Shown: positions 42,394 through 54,016, counted from the first letter of the stretch. The stretch: DNA of 64,000 nucleotides from an uncultured Nitrospinota bacterium (GCA_905612265.1 CAJQRI010000037.1:26268-90267); one strand, 5' to 3'. Program-made: numbers and translations. Notes: a model not told the origin generated them from the letters alone.

Positions 42394-43398
42394 TTAAATT
42401 GATGTGTAAACTGGGCGGAGTCCCAGACCTTCGATCATATCTATATCTCTTTTTGGGTCCTGGCCCTTGGTCGTGAGATAGTTACCCCCCAGAATTCCGT
42501 TAGCCCCGGCAGAGAACAGTCGTTCCTGTTGGTCGGTCAGCACTTCTTCCCGCCCTCCACAGACGAACAGGTCGATATTCGGTAAAATCAGACGTAATAG
42601 GGAAATGGTTCTAAGGGCTTCATAATGTTCCAGAGGTTCAAGATGATCCAGACCGGTTCCTTCAATGGGTTTGAGGAAATTGATAGGAAATGATTGTGTG
42701 CCCAAATCGCGAATGGAAAAACCCAACTCAGCCCTTTGAGCGAATGATTCTCCCATCCCGAAGATGCCACCTACGCATACTTGCAATCCTGCAGCCTTGG
42801 CATTTTGTACGGCATTGACCTCATCTTCATAGGTGTGAGTTGAAACGATTTTATCAAAATGGCTTTTTGCGGTTTCCAGATTATGGTGGCAGCGATCCAG
42901 CCCGGCTTCTTTCAGTTCTTTCAAGTGCTCCATAGGCATTAGTCCGAGGGAACAACAGGTTTCAAGGTTGGTTTCAGCCTTGATACGTTTGATCGCTTCA
43001 ATCACCCGGTCGAGTTCTTTCCGGTCATCGAGAGAAGTTCCAGAAGCAACGATAGAGAATTCATTAGATCCAAAAGCTTCCGCTTCTTTTGCGGCCGCAA
43101 CAATTTCCTCGACATCCATCAACTCGTATTCCGGCGAATCGGTTTGGAATGAGCTCGATTGAGCACAGAAGGAACAGTCTTCCACGCATTTCCCGGATTT
43201 TGCATTGACGATGGAGCAGATTTTAACGTCCTGTCCCTTAAATTGCTCACGAATGCGGTTGGTCCCGATAAAGAGATAGTCCAATTCTTCGTGGGTCAGA
43301 GTTTCCAACTCTAAAGCCTGGTCATAAGAAATCGATTCGCCTGTTAAGGCGGTGTTGACCATATTATCTATCAATTCTGTTCGCATTGAATTTATCAT
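42394..43398 (-). CDS. bioB: Biotin synthase
   Basis: 334 aa. Radical SAM motif CVEDCSFCAQS, then ...CCSLG...HNLET...GGIFGMGE..., typical of BioB. Confidence 0.9.
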   Translation of the reverse strand: MINSMRTELIDNMVNTALTGESISYDQALELETLTHEELDYLFIGTNRIREQFKGQDVKICSIVNAKSGKCVEDCSFCAQSSSFQTDSPEYELMDVEEIVAAAKEAEAFGSNEFSIVASGTSLDDRKELDRVIEAIKRIKAETNLETCCSLGLMPMEHLKELKEAGLDRCHHNLETAKSHFDKIVSTHTYEDEVNAVQNAKAAGLQVCVGGIFGMGESFAQRAELGFSIRDLGTQSFPINFLKPIEGTGLDHLEPLEHYEALRTISLLRLILPNIDLFVCGGREEVLTDQQERLFSAGANGILGGNYLTTKGQDPKRDIDMIEGLGLRPVYTSI

Positions 43399-43438
43399 TC
43401 TCGAAGGTTTGAAATTAGTATTCTATAATAGAGCTTCT

Positions 43439-45523
43439 TCATTCATAACTCAATAGTTTCACTAATTCTTCTGGAGACTGAACGGGTGCCAGGCAGGCTC
43501 CCTGCCGACAGACATAAGCGGTGCCTTTTCCGTTCATCAGTTTCCGGTCTTTCAGTAAAGGAATGAGTTTTCCGGTATTTTCAATTTCATCCTCATAGGC
43601 AAAAGCAAAAACCGCATTGGGGTAAAACCCTTTACGCAGGGTATCGAGCATTTTTTGAGTGGTTGGATCATTTCTTTTTCCCACCACGGCAACTTCTTTG
43701 AGTCCACCAAGATACAAATGCAGGGCTTGAAGCATGAATGCCGAATTGAGGCCGTACTCCATCAGTTCATCGCTAAAGCTTAAGAATATTTTCTCTGCTT
43801 TGAGCGACAGTGCAGGTTCAGCCAGATAGGCAGAAAGCCTCAGGAAGGCCAGAGCGGCGTTACTGTTTCCCGAAGGTTCAACTCCATCATAACCACTGAT
43901 TTGTCGCACTAACAGTTTTTCCCCATCGCTGGAAGTCTCGTGAAACGTACCGTTTGCATTGCAAAATTTATCCTCGACCCTTTGCATCAACTCGCGCGCA
44001 GTTTGAATATAATGAGATTCGTAAGTGGCTTCGTATAAGTCCATGCATGCGGTTGCGGTAGCGGTGTAGTCGCAGAGGTAAGCATCATAGCGGGCTTCTC
44101 CATCACGATAACGCCGCAGGAGTTTTCCTTCCGGTGTTCGCAAGTGGGTGAGAATAAATTTCATAGCGCGTGCGGCTTTCTCTATTCGGTCGGCATCGTC
44201 AAGAACCCTTCCCGTTTTTGCCATGGCACTGATCATCAGGGCATTCCAAGAGGTGAGGATTTTGTCATCGAGTAATGGACGGATGCGCTGACTGCGGACT
44301 TCAAGAAGCTTGTCTCGGGCAATCTCTAGTTCGGTCATGACAACGGCTTCCTGCATGCCGACTTCCTTGGCGAGGGTTTGTGGTCCCCGAGTGACGTTTA
44401 AAATATTTTTTCCTTCAAAGTTGCCTTTTGCAGTGATGTTGTAATAAGGGATTGCAACACTTGCAGTTTTTCTACCCAGAATTTTTTCGACTTCCTCCTT
44501 GGTCCACACATAGAACTTGCCTTCAACGCCTTCACTATCTGCGTCTTCAGCACTGAAGAAGGCTCCTTCTTTGGATGTCATGTCGCGATCAATATATTGC
44601 AGAAGGTCGTTGGCAAACTCGGCAAACTCTTTTTTGCCAGAGACCTGATAGGTTTCGATCAGAGCGGTGGTGAACAGGGCGTTGTCATAAAGCATTTTTT
44701 CGAAATGCGGCACTAACCATTTATAATCCGTGCTGTAGCGTGAAAGTCCTCCTCCGATCTGGTCATAAATCCCACCGAACTTCATGGCTTTGAGTGTGTT
44801 TTCTGTGATTGTCAGGCTGTTGGTATGTCTCGTGCGGTGGTAATGCCTGAGCAAGAGTGACAGGCCCATTGAAGGTGGAAATTTGTTTTGCTGTTGAAAC
44901 TGGAAGCCGTGGTTGAGTGGGTCGTAATATTTTTCGAATTGTTGGACAGATTTATCTTCACCGTCGAAGTCCAAATCGTCTGGCTCGGCGTTACTCGGTT
45001 CGCGGGTGGAAGCTTCACGGATGTAGTCGACCAATACTTTAGTTTGCATACCAATCTTGTCCTGCTCGTTCGTCCAGGTCTTGATGAGAAACTCAAGGAC
45101 ATCCAGGAAAGAGGGTAGACTGTGCCGACGTTCGGGTGGAAAATAAGTTCCCCCGTAAAAAGGAACTCCATCTGGAGTCAGAAAGACATTGAGCGGCCAG
45201 CCACCTTGTTGGCCCAAAGCCTGCACGGCTTGCATGTAGATGCTGTCGATATCGGGTCTTTCTTCCCGGTCTACCTTGATGCTGACGAAACTTTCATTGA
45301 GCACTGCTGCTAGAAGGGGGTCTTCAAATGACTCCCCTTCCATAACATGGCACCAGTGGCAGGTGGCATAACCGATGCTCACCAGAACAGGTATGTTTTT
45401 CTCTTTAGCAATTTTAAAAGGTTCGTCGCCCCATGGGTGCCAGTTGACCGGGTTATGCGCGTGTTGCAGAAGGTAGGGGCTTTTCTCTTTGATGAGGGAG
45501 TTTGTGAATCTGTGTTCAATCAT
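43439..45523 (-). CDS. Thioredoxin-domain protein of the DUF255/YyaL (SPATA20-like) family with (alpha/alpha)6 glycosyl-hydrolase-like C-terminal domain
   Basis: 694 aa. N-terminus: [53 protein letters not shown]. Confidence 0.85.
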   Translation of the reverse strand: MIEHRFTNSLIKEKSPYLLQHAHNPVNWHPWGDEPFKIAKEKNIPVLVSIGYATCHWCHVMEGESFEDPLLAAVLNESFVSIKVDREERPDIDSIYMQAVQALGQQGGWPLNVFLTPDGVPFYGGTYFPPERRHSLPSFLDVLEFLIKTWTNEQDKIGMQTKVLVDYIREASTREPSNAEPDDLDFDGEDKSVQQFEKYYDPLNHGFQFQQQNKFPPSMGLSLLLRHYHRTRHTNSLTITENTLKAMKFGGIYDQIGGGLSRYSTDYKWLVPHFEKMLYDNALFTTALIETYQVSGKKEFAEFANDLLQYIDRDMTSKEGAFFSAEDADSEGVEGKFYVWTKEEVEKILGRKTASVAIPYYNITAKGNFEGKNILNVTRGPQTLAKEVGMQEAVVMTELEIARDKLLEVRSQRIRPLLDDKILTSWNALMISAMAKTGRVLDDADRIEKAARAMKFILTHLRTPEGKLLRRYRDGEARYDAYLCDYTATATACMDLYEATYESHYIQTARELMQRVEDKFCNANGTFHETSSDGEKLLVRQISGYDGVEPSGNSNAALAFLRLSAYLAEPALSLKAEKIFLSFSDELMEYGLNSAFMLQALHLYLGGLKEVAVVGKRNDPTTQKMLDTLRKGFYPNAVFAFAYEDEIENTGKLIPLLKDRKLMNGKGTAYVCRQGACLAPVQSPEELVKLLSYE

Positions 45524-45592
45524 TTTCTATGCTGGAGTAAGAGGTTTGTAGGCTGAGATTGTTTCTCGCCTGAATGCTGGATATAAACACTT

Positions 45593-45628
45593 AACCCCCT
45601 AGCCCCCTTGCCAGCGGGCTAGGGGGTT
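45593..45628 (-). terminator. Strong hairpin downstream of aroA (terminator candidate)
   Basis: Perfect 13-bp stem AACCCCCTAGCCC / GGGCTAGGGGGTT with a 10-nt loop, 19 nt after the aroA stop. The trailing U-run on the minus strand is weak (AAGTGTTTAT). Confidence 0.4.
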
Positions 45629-45646
45629 GCTTCTTACCACACCTGA

Positions 45647-46969
45647 TTACAGGTTTTCAAATCGCTGAAAAAAATCAGGGAACGATTTGTCAACGCAACT
45701 GGGGTTCTTGATACGAACCCCGGGGATTTTTAATCCGGCCACGGCAAAGCTCATGGCCATGCGGTGGTCGTTATAAGTTTCGATTTCGGCACCGGAATAA
45801 ACTCCCGGCCTCACGATGAGGTGGTCTTCACCGGCTTCGACCTCTGCACCCAGACGGGTTAACTCTTTGGTTAGGGCAGAGATGCGATCTGTTTCTTTAA
45901 TCCTGAGATTACTAATTCCCTTAATCACGGTTTCCCCTTCGGCAAACAAAGCTGTCACAGCTAAGGTCTGCACCGCATCGGGCATGTTATTCATATTGAT
46001 GGTGATTCCTTTTAAAGGATTACCCTTAATATGAAGTGAGTTGGCTTTTTTATCCACATAGCAACCCATTTTTTCCAGAGCAGATGTAAATTGCATGTCT
46101 CCCTGAACGCTTTGAGGGTTGATGCCGTTGAGGGTCACCTCTCCGCCGGTTACTGCCGCCGCCGCCAAAAAATAAGAGGCGCTGGACCAGTCGCTTTCCA
46201 CTTGGTAAGTCTGGGCTTTATAGTGGTCTCCTGCTTTAACTTTGAAATGCTGATAACTCTCATTTTTAACATGGACACCGAAGGTCTTCATGATGTCCAG
46301 AGTGATGTCGGCATAAGATTTTGAAGTGAGGTCCCCTTGTATATGGACGCAGGTATCATTTTTAAAATAAGGAGCAGAAAGTAAAATGGAAGTGAGGTAT
46401 TGACTGCTTTTGTCACCGGCGAGTTGAACATCTCCTCCCGGTACCTCTCCACCTTTAATGTCTATTGGAGGGCAACCGTTGTCGTTGACGGAAACTGCAT
46501 GGACCCCCATTTGCGTGAGACAATCCAAAAGGTCTGCCAGCGGTCTTTCATGCATCCGTTCATCACCATCCAAGCGAACTTTTCCAGGAGCCAGCGTTGA
46601 GAAGGTGGTGAGAAACCGCATGGCGGTTCCGGCGTTGCCAATAAAAATATCGTTATCAGGTGCACAAAGTTTTCCACCTTTTCCGGAAACGATAAAGGCT
46701 CCTTCTTCCTCACGAACTGGAACCCCGAAGGCTTTCAAGGCTTGGATCATGTATTTTGTGTCATCGCTCACCAATGGTTTTTCTAACCGACATTCTCCAT
46801 CGGTGAGTCCCGCTATCAGCAATGCCCGGTTGGTATAACTCTTGGAACCGGGTACGGTAACGGTCGCTTTAAGATTCTGTAAAGGCTTAATTTCTATCAA
46901 GGTCTTAAACAAATGAGGTTTAAAACAAAGAAATATACCATACCTCCTATCAGGGTAGGTAATCAGCAA
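45647..46969 (-). CDS. aroA: 3-phosphoshikimate 1-carboxyvinyltransferase (EPSP synthase)
   Basis: TVPGSKSYTNRALLIA, GNAGTAMRFL, LAGDKSSQY, RIKETDRI and NDHRMAMSFAVAGL are classic AroA motifs. The start is uncertain. The track uses TTG 46969, and in-frame TTG 46900 would give the usual N-terminal length. Confidence 0.9.
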   Translation of the reverse strand: MLITYPDRRYGIFLCFKPHLFKTLIEIKPLQNLKATVTVPGSKSYTNRALLIAGLTDGECRLEKPLVSDDTKYMIQALKAFGVPVREEEGAFIVSGKGGKLCAPDNDIFIGNAGTAMRFLTTFSTLAPGKVRLDGDERMHERPLADLLDCLTQMGVHAVSVNDNGCPPIDIKGGEVPGGDVQLAGDKSSQYLTSILLSAPYFKNDTCVHIQGDLTSKSYADITLDIMKTFGVHVKNESYQHFKVKAGDHYKAQTYQVESDWSSASYFLAAAAVTGGEVTLNGINPQSVQGDMQFTSALEKMGCYVDKKANSLHIKGNPLKGITINMNNMPDAVQTLAVTALFAEGETVIKGISNLRIKETDRISALTKELTRLGAEVEAGEDHLIVRPGVYSGAEIETYNDHRMAMSFAVAGLKIPGVRIKNPSCVDKSFPDFFQRFENL

Positions 46970-47158
46970 TGACCAACAAGCCGTTCTATCTTTTTCTGTC
47001 AGACTGAGACACTGCTATTTGCAATCTGAGGCCTGCGAACCTACCCGGCCAGTCCAGTTGTGTCATTTAGGGGATTCTGATATGATCGTGCTTTCCAGAG
47101 GTTTCGGGTTCTAGTATCTATATGTATTTAAAGGATTTTTTTCTGGTAGGGAGTGAGT

Positions 47159-47452
47159 ATGGCCGAGGATGAAAAAGAATCCTTATGGTACCGGTTGTGG
47201 GACCACAAGTCACTGAAAGAGAAACAGCGTCTGCGATCACTGGTTCCATGGTTACTTTATGGGATTGCTGTGTTTTACGGGATCATTTATTTGTCTATTC
47301 TTAATACTGTCAATCGGGAGAAGACCGGAACTGCTGTTAAAAGCTGGTTTGGCGGAGACCGTCAGGAAATTATCGATGCGCGGGAACGAGAAGAGCGCCA
47401 AATTAAAGAAAGTTTTAAAGCTATGCGCAAACGGGTTTCTGGTGGGCATTAA
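47159..47452 (+). CDS. Hypothetical single-pass membrane protein
   Basis: About 97 aa. AGGGAG lies 5 nt before ATG 47159; the track starts at GTG 47153. One TM helix (LVPWLLYGIAVFYGIIYLSIL). Confidence 0.45.
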   Translation: MAEDEKESLWYRLWDHKSLKEKQRLRSLVPWLLYGIAVFYGIIYLSILNTVNREKTGTAVKSWFGGDRQEIIDAREREERQIKESFKAMRKRVSGGH

Positions 47453-47530
47453 GGATAGCTTTCGATATCTATACGAGTAAAGTGAAGCAATGAGAGTTTA
47501 TGCACGTAACTTCTTACAAGTCAGGTTGAA

Positions 47531-48076
47531 ATGAAACGTTTAGTATTTATTTCCAATTGGTTTTATCTGTTTTCTCTTTGCCTGTGGGTTGGGGGTATGT
47601 TTCTGCTTGGTCTTCTGGTGGAAATCATGGTGCGGATTAATTTAAAGGATCAGCCGGAGGTGGCCAGCACCATCATGAATAAGGTCATGGATGTTTTCAA
47701 TGTCCATATCATCTATACCTGCATCACTTTCATGGTATTGGCCGAGGTGATCAAATTTCTCGTGGCCAAATACAGTTCTGCTGGTTACGAACCGCAAGTG
47801 GTGACCAAACGTAAATACACCCGTGAGGTCTGTCTGGCAGTCATGGTCGTTTTGGCTTTATACATTGGTAGCGTTCTCAGACCAGAAATGCATGTTATGG
47901 ACCAACTCAAGAAAGCCAATCCCGCCGATCAGAAACTGCAAATCCAGTTTGACCGTTACCACTCCAAATTGACCTGGATCTATACCGTAAATATGATCCT
48001 GGGTCTGACCTTGTTTTACATTAACGGCAAAGAGATGGCTCGATTTCGGGTCACTGGGCGTGAGGTCAATGAGTAA
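47531..48076 (+). CDS. Integral membrane protein (4 TM; DUF4149/TMEM205-like, tentative)
   Basis: 181 aa. The N-terminal FYLFSLCLWVGGMFLLGLLV pattern is reminiscent of DUF4149. The family call is weak. Confidence 0.5.
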   Translation: MKRLVFISNWFYLFSLCLWVGGMFLLGLLVEIMVRINLKDQPEVASTIMNKVMDVFNVHIIYTCITFMVLAEVIKFLVAKYSSAGYEPQVVTKRKYTREVCLAVMVVLALYIGSVLRPEMHVMDQLKKANPADQKLQIQFDRYHSKLTWIYTVNMILGLTLFYINGKEMARFRVTGREVNE

Positions 48077-48156
48077 TAGCATTGATTTGTTAGCAAAAGG
48101 TGCAGATGGCTTGATAAGCTTTCTCTCTCCTGCTGGAGTGGGGGCAGATTGAGGGC

Positions 48157-49131
48157 ATGATAAAAATATTGCAAGTTGGTAGCGTGAGTTCTCCGCTCAA
48201 ATGGGTTTTGCTATGTTCTACCGTTTTTCTTTTTTGGGTTTCTTCTGCCCAGGCCAAACATGATGGTGTTGAGCATGATAAAACTGAGAAGCTTAAAATC
48301 TCCGCAGTTCAATCCGACCCCGAAGATGTTTTAGACATGGCCTTTATTCGCACCGGAAAGTTTTTCCGAGGTTCTAGTTTTAAAGAGAACAAGGCTGCAT
48401 TTAAAATGTGCCGTAAGTTTGATAAGTTCTGCAAGCTCTGGTGGTTTTCTGATGAATTCCCAGGAACACTGGTGATGTTGGATAATTATTGGATAGATAT
48501 TTATGAAGTGACCAACGAAAAGTATTTAGAGTTCGTGAAAGCCACCGGACACTCCCCTGCATTAGATGCCTCTTGCGCTACTGATGGATGCCGGGATGGA
48601 AATTTGTGGGAGGGAGAGTCCTTTCCTCGGATGATTCGAAAGCAACCTGTCACACAGGTAAATTGGCATGATGCCCAGGCCTACTGCAAATGGCGCGGCA
48701 AACGTTTACCTACGGAAGCGGAATGGGAAAAAGCTGCACGGGGTCCGAGTGGTAGTTTGTATCCATGGGGAGGCGGATCTCCCAAGGGTCGGGCTAACTA
48801 TAATCGAAAGTGGAACGGAAATTATACCATGACCAATGTTGGCAGTTACTCTAAGGGTGCTTCCATTTACGGGCTGCATGATATGGCAGGCAATGTCTGG
48901 GAGTGGGTGGATGATTGGTATAATCGAACTTATTATACCCATGGCACTAAGAATAACCCCAAGGGCTATACTGAAGGTGAGTTCAAATCTCTTCGCGGTG
49001 GCTCATGGGTCAATTTCCCGGACTCTTTGAGAAGCTCGTTTCGCCGATGGAGTCGGCCCGATGTCCGTTTTAACGATACCGGTTTTCGTTGCGCCAAGTC
49101 CGCATCCCCTGATATAAAATTCAAAAACTAA
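48157..49131 (+). CDS. Secreted formylglycine-generating-enzyme (FGE/SUMF1) family protein
   Basis: 324 aa with a signal peptide (LLCSTVFLFWVSSAQA). FGE-family motifs: PVTQVNWHDAQAYCKWRGKRLPTEAEWEKAARG, GNVWEWVDDWY, RGGSW, GFRCA. Confidence 0.8.
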   Translation: MIKILQVGSVSSPLKWVLLCSTVFLFWVSSAQAKHDGVEHDKTEKLKISAVQSDPEDVLDMAFIRTGKFFRGSSFKENKAAFKMCRKFDKFCKLWWFSDEFPGTLVMLDNYWIDIYEVTNEKYLEFVKATGHSPALDASCATDGCRDGNLWEGESFPRMIRKQPVTQVNWHDAQAYCKWRGKRLPTEAEWEKAARGPSGSLYPWGGGSPKGRANYNRKWNGNYTMTNVGSYSKGASIYGLHDMAGNVWEWVDDWYNRTYYTHGTKNNPKGYTEGEFKSLRGGSWVNFPDSLRSSFRRWSRPDVRFNDTGFRCAKSASPDIKFKN

Positions 49132-49133
49132 TC

Positions 49134-50804
49134 ATGACTGACAAACCCAAAAGATCAGACGAGTTGACCGACCGGGAGCGGGAGATGTTAAAGCCCTACC
49201 TTTCGGATGTCGATGCCAATGTGTTTGCGTTAGGGAATCTGAACCCTGAAGTGATCGGCGGGGCGCTGGCTCGTTACAGTCGAGCACCTACGGGACTTAA
49301 GGAAACGATCGCCCGCGAGTTTTTGAATCCAGATGGCAGTCCTAATGATGTCAAGGGCTCTCAGATGATCGACCGAGTGGTCAACAAGTATGGTGACGAA
49401 TCTGTCGCCGAGTTGGCAGTTGCTCCCTTATGTATGGAAGAAATTTCTAACCTGATGACCAAGGTCATTGAGGATTGCAGGATAGGGGGTTCGCCTATCG
49501 AAGAGTCAACCCGTTACGTTCTCTACGATGTCAAAAAGAATGGGCGATGGCGTTATGTATGCCCGGATAATATCAAGCAATCGGGACTGGGTAAGGCTTT
49601 TGTGGATAACATGGATTTTCTTTTTGAGACCTATGCCGCAATGGTAGGACCCATGCAAGATTTGTTCAGGAAACGCCTGACTGCAGAGGCGTTTGAGATT
49701 GAAGTGGAGCGCGACGGCAAGGTTCAAAAAGCGGGACGGAGTTCTCTGAAAAACGATAATGAAATCAAAGCTCATCGTATCGCATACAGCTTCACCATTC
49801 GTAGTGCGGCTTGTGATGTGCTTCGCTGTATCCTACCTGCCTGCACTCAGGCTAATGTTGGGCTGGTGGGTAACGGGCGGTTTTATTCCGGTTTGATCAC
49901 TAAACTGTTGTCGCATGATTTAGGCGAAGCACATGAGCTTGCGGTGTCGATTAGAAAAGCCCTCAATACGCAGATTCCCACTTTCATCAAGCGGGCCGGG
50001 CGTAACGATTATTTGGCGGACAACCACCATGCGATGAGGAAATTGTGTCAGGAACTTTTTGCTTTTATCCAGATAGAAACCTCAGCCGAAGTGGAGTTAT
50101 TGGAAGATAGCCACGAAGACCAGCGGATCAACTTGCTCTCCAATATGATATTCCCTTATGTCCGGCATTCTTCCTGCCAGATTCGCGAAATTGTAAAGGC
50201 TTTGCCTGAAGAGCGTAAAAAACAAATTTTTGCTACCTATATAGGGACACGACAAAGCAAGCGCGACCGCGCCGGCAGAGCGTTGGAATATGGCTACCCC
50301 ATTCAATTTGATATTCTTGCTGGATTCGCCGAATATCGGGATTTGCAACGCCACCGCATGCTCACCCAGCAAAGGCAGGATCTGGGAATTGATTTGGGTT
50401 ATTCGGTGCCAGAGGAAATTGAGGAGATTGGCATGGGCTCTAAGGTGCAGGAATGTTTCGAGCGCACCGAATCTTTACACCGTGACCTTAAACGGGCAGG
50501 TATGGAGCAGGAAGCGCAATATGCTACCTTGTTCAATCACTTTATCCGATGGAATGTGGGCATGAACCTCAGGGAGTTAGGGCATCTTGTTGAATTGCGC
50601 ACCCAGAAATCCGGTCATCCCAAATATAGACGCACGGCGCAAATGATGGCGCGTCACTACCTCAAACGCCACCCGGAGATGGAACCGGTCCTGCAATTTG
50701 TCGACTACAACGACTACGATGGTGGTATCACCCGCGCCGATCAAGAGGCCCGCACAGCCCGCAAAAGCCTGGCCTCCAACCTCTTCGACGATCAAGACGA
50801 CTAA
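49134..50804 (+). CDS. ThyX (Thy1, flavin-dependent thymidylate synthase) family protein, long two-lobed form
   Basis: 556 aa. The C-terminal half shows the Thy1 core (FDILAGFAEYRDLQRHRMLTQQRQ ... RWNVGMNLRELGHLVELRTQKSGHPKYRRTAQ). The N-terminal half has ...GGALARYSRAP. The canonical RHRxxSxxxxSxRY is not intact in a single lobe. The start is 3 nt after the FGE-like stop. Confidence 0.55.
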   Translation: MTDKPKRSDELTDREREMLKPYLSDVDANVFALGNLNPEVIGGALARYSRAPTGLKETIAREFLNPDGSPNDVKGSQMIDRVVNKYGDESVAELAVAPLCMEEISNLMTKVIEDCRIGGSPIEESTRYVLYDVKKNGRWRYVCPDNIKQSGLGKAFVDNMDFLFETYAAMVGPMQDLFRKRLTAEAFEIEVERDGKVQKAGRSSLKNDNEIKAHRIAYSFTIRSAACDVLRCILPACTQANVGLVGNGRFYSGLITKLLSHDLGEAHELAVSIRKALNTQIPTFIKRAGRNDYLADNHHAMRKLCQELFAFIQIETSAEVELLEDSHEDQRINLLSNMIFPYVRHSSCQIREIVKALPEERKKQIFATYIGTRQSKRDRAGRALEYGYPIQFDILAGFAEYRDLQRHRMLTQQRQDLGIDLGYSVPEEIEEIGMGSKVQECFERTESLHRDLKRAGMEQEAQYATLFNHFIRWNVGMNLRELGHLVELRTQKSGHPKYRRTAQMMARHYLKRHPEMEPVLQFVDYNDYDGGITRADQEARTARKSLASNLFDDQDD

Positions 50805-51056
50805 CCTCGACTCGGGGCGGGGCCGGTCTGCATTAAGTTCCTGGGCGATCAAGGTTGTTGAGCGCGTTTAGTATCTCTTCATTCACGGCTTCATTCTCGT
50901 GAGATAACCTCGATTATTTGCCGGAATATCTTAATTAATCCCTATTTAGAGATTGAGACTATTTTTATGAGATTTTTAGATAAACCAGAGGTTTTATGGT
51001 AATCTTATGCGCTTAATTATTCCCCCAAAACCATTCTTGAATGAGAGATAAAAGCG

Positions 51057-52607
51057 ATGAAGATTGGTATCCCAAAAGAAGTACATGCTGGCGAAAAAAG
51101 GGTGGCCACCACCCCGGAAGTTGCTAAACAGCTTATCAAACTCGGCTATGAAGTCGCGATTGAGGCAGGTGCTGGTTCGGCCGCTCATTTCTCAGATGCT
51201 TCGTATATAGAAGCGGGCGTGACTGTTGTCAAAAATGCAAAAGAGATCTGGAGTGAATACGACATTATTTTAAAAGTCCGTGGCCCTGAACTTAATCCGG
51301 ATCTGAACACCGAAGAAGTGGACTTGCTGAAAGAAAATCAGATTTATATTTCGTTTCTCTGGCCGGCACAAAATCCTGAATTACTCAAAAAATTAGCAGA
51401 GAAAAAAGTCACGGCTATAGCCATGGACATGGTGCCGCGCATATCGCGTGCTCAGAAAATGGATGCACTCAGTTCCATGGCGAATATTGCCGGATACCGT
51501 GCAGTGGTCGAGGCGGCTCAGCATTTTGGTCGGTTCTTCACCGGACAGATCACGGCAGCGGGTAAAGTTCCTCCTGCTAAGGTAATGGTTATTGGTGCAG
51601 GTGTTGCAGGCCTTGCCGCCATCGGTACCGCAAAAAGTATGGGAGCAATAGTGAGGGCTTTCGATACTCGACCGGAAGTGAAAGAACAGATCGAAAGTAT
51701 GGATGCGGAATTCCTCGAGCTTGATTTTGAAGAGGATGCTTCAGGAACCGGCGGTTACGCAAAATTGATGAGTAAAGAATTCATCGCAGCGGAAATGGCC
51801 CTCTTCGCCGAGCAGGCGAAAGAAGTGGACATCATCATCACCACCGCGTTGATTCCCGGAAGACCAGCACCAGAATTGATTTTAGAAGATCATGTTATAG
51901 CCATGAAGGATGGTGGTGTGATCGTTGATCTTGCCGCTGAACAAGGCGGTAACTGTAAGTTGTCTGAAGCTGGAAAAGTGGTTAAGAAGCATGGCGTTTC
52001 CATCATCGGATACACAGACCTGCCCAGCCGTATGGCGGCACAGGCCAGTCAGTTATATGGCACGAATCTGCGCCACTTGCTTACAGATATGACTAAGGAA
52101 AAAGATGGCAACGCTAAAGTCGACTTTGATGACGAAGTGGTTCGAGGCGCTACAGCGGTTAAGGAAGGCGAGATCACCTTCCCGCCACCGGCACCAAAAC
52201 TGTCAGCGGCACCAGCAAAACCGAAGGAGGAAGCCAAGCCTATAAAACCTGTGGAAGAAAAGCCTTCGGTAGTGGGGCCTATAGTCACTTTCGGCGCAGG
52301 TGCATTAGCTCTGTTTGGGTTGGGTGCGGTCGCACCGGCTTCTTTCATGGCTCACTTCACAGTTTTTGTTCTAGCTTGTTTTGTTGGCTACATGGTCATC
52401 TGGAATGTGTCGGCGGCTTTGCACACTCCGCTCATGAGCGTGACCAACGCCATCAGCAGTATCATCATCATTGGTGCTTTATTACAAGTCAGTTCGGCGG
52501 ATATGACAATCACATGGATTGCTGGATTCGCAGTGCTGATAACTTCCATTAATATAACAGGTGGGTTTGCGGTTACACGACGCATGCTCGAAATGTTTCG
52601 TAGATAG
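51057..52607 (+). CDS. pntA: NAD(P) transhydrogenase subunit alpha (dI plus membrane segment)
   Basis: 516 aa. [43 protein letters not shown] (Rossmann fold), and a C-terminal set of 4 TM helices. Confidence 0.9.
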   Translation: MKIGIPKEVHAGEKRVATTPEVAKQLIKLGYEVAIEAGAGSAAHFSDASYIEAGVTVVKNAKEIWSEYDIILKVRGPELNPDLNTEEVDLLKENQIYISFLWPAQNPELLKKLAEKKVTAIAMDMVPRISRAQKMDALSSMANIAGYRAVVEAAQHFGRFFTGQITAAGKVPPAKVMVIGAGVAGLAAIGTAKSMGAIVRAFDTRPEVKEQIESMDAEFLELDFEEDASGTGGYAKLMSKEFIAAEMALFAEQAKEVDIIITTALIPGRPAPELILEDHVIAMKDGGVIVDLAAEQGGNCKLSEAGKVVKKHGVSIIGYTDLPSRMAAQASQLYGTNLRHLLTDMTKEKDGNAKVDFDDEVVRGATAVKEGEITFPPPAPKLSAAPAKPKEEAKPIKPVEEKPSVVGPIVTFGAGALALFGLGAVAPASFMAHFTVFVLACFVGYMVIWNVSAALHTPLMSVTNAISSIIIIGALLQVSSADMTITWIAGFAVLITSINITGGFAVTRRMLEMFRR

Positions 52608-52618
52608 GAGGCGGAAAG

Positions 52619-54016
52619 ATGAGTGAAGGTATCGTAACCGCCTCTTATGTCGGGGCAACTATTTTATTTATTTTAGCGTTGGGCGGATTGAGCAATCAGG
52701 AAACCGCGAGACGCGGAAACCTTTTTGGAATGATCGGGATGGCTGTGGCTCTGATCGCCACTATGTCTGCTGTGACGGCCAATTTGGAAATACTTATTGC
52801 AGGTCTACTGATAGGCGCAACTATTGGGCTGGTTTTAGCCAAGCGAGTACAGATGACGCAAATGCCTGAACTAGTCGCCATGTTGCACAGCCTTGTAGGG
52901 TTGGCAGCGGTTCTGGTCGGGTATGCCAATTTCATGGACCCAGAACGATTGCAACATTTCGCTGGTATTGAATTAACCATTCATGATGTGGAGACTTATC
53001 TGGGAATCCTCATCGGTGCCATTACAATGTCGGGTTCCGTCATCGCGTTTGGAAAATTGGGCGGTAAGATTGGCGGGAACCCAATGTTATTACCGGCCCG
53101 ACACTGGCTTAATTTGTGCTTGTTGCTGGCGTCCGTTTGGTACTGTGTTGAGTTTGTCGAACAATCTGCAGCAGGCGGTGGACTCACACCATTATTGATC
53201 ATGACGGGGATCGCTTTGCTGTTCGGGATTCATATGGTCATGGCTATTGGTGGTGCTGATATGCCGGTTGTCGTTTCCATGCTTAACAGTTATTCCGGTT
53301 GGGCGGCTTCTGCAACTGGGTTTATGCTGAGCAATGATCTACTCATAGTTACCGGCGCTCTGGTTGGTAGTAGTGGTGCGATTCTTAGTTACATCATGTG
53401 TCGCGCCATGAACCGGAAATTTATAGCGGTTATTGCTGGCGGCTTCGGTACGACATCAGGGGGTTCCTCTTCGGCTTCTGTTGAAGAACAGGGTGAAGTG
53501 ATCGCTTTGCAAGCTCCTGAGGTTGCGGCTTTGTTGATGGAGTCGAAAGAAGTCATGATCATTCCGGGTTACGGAATGGCAGTGGCGCAGGCTCAGCATA
53601 TCGTCAATGAAATCACCAAAACACTCAAAAGCAAAAAAATTAATGTGCGGTTTGGCATCCATCCTGTTGCAGGACGAATGCCGGGGCATATGAACGTTTT
53701 GCTGGCTGAGGCGAAGGTGCCTTATGACATCGTTTATGAAATGGATGAGATCAATGACGATTTTCCAAAAATTGATGTTTCCATTGTCATCGGTGCTAAT
53801 GACATTGTTAATCCTTCGGCGCAAACCGATCCTGACAGCCCGATTGCCGGTATGCCGGTTATGGAATGCTGGAAGGGTAAAACCACTATCGTGCTGAAAC
53901 GCGGTATGGCAACTGGTTATGCCGGGGTGCAGAATCCGCTATTCTTCAAAGAGAACACGAGAATGCTGTTTGGTGATGCACGAAAAAGTCTGGATGAGGT
54001 TTTCAAAAACCTTTAA
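52619..54016 (+). CDS. pntB: NAD(P) transhydrogenase subunit beta (dII + dIII)
   Basis: 465 aa with a multi-TM N-terminus. The dIII domain has [32 protein letters not shown] and [10 protein letters not shown]. Confidence 0.92.
   Translation: MSEGIVTASYVGATILFILALGGLSNQETARRGNLFGMIGMAVALIATMSAVTANLEILIAGLLIGATIGLVLAKRVQMTQMPELVAMLHSLVGLAAVLVGYANFMDPERLQHFAGIELTIHDVETYLGILIGAITMSGSVIAFGKLGGKIGGNPMLLPARHWLNLCLLLASVWYCVEFVEQSAAGGGLTPLLIMTGIALLFGIHMVMAIGGADMPVVVSMLNSYSGWAASATGFMLSNDLLIVTGALVGSSGAILSYIMCRAMNRKFIAVIAGGFGTTSGGSSSASVEEQGEVIALQAPEVAALLMESKEVMIIPGYGMAVAQAQHIVNEITKTLKSKKINVRFGIHPVAGRMPGHMNVLLAEAKVPYDIVYEMDEINDDFPKIDVSIVIGANDIVNPSAQTDPDSPIAGMPVMECWKGKTTIVLKRGMATGYAGVQNPLFFKENTRMLFGDARKSLDEVFKNL

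Noticed and set aside
46895-46969. Possible aromatic-rich leader peptide (MVYFFVLNLICLRP) upstream of, and overlapping, an alternative TTG start of aroA, suggesting attenuation
   Set aside because: Its ATG is only 1 nt from the AGGAGG, which is poor spacing. I could not find alternative terminator or antiterminator hairpins. The region is equally well explained as the N-terminal extension of the long aroA ORF.
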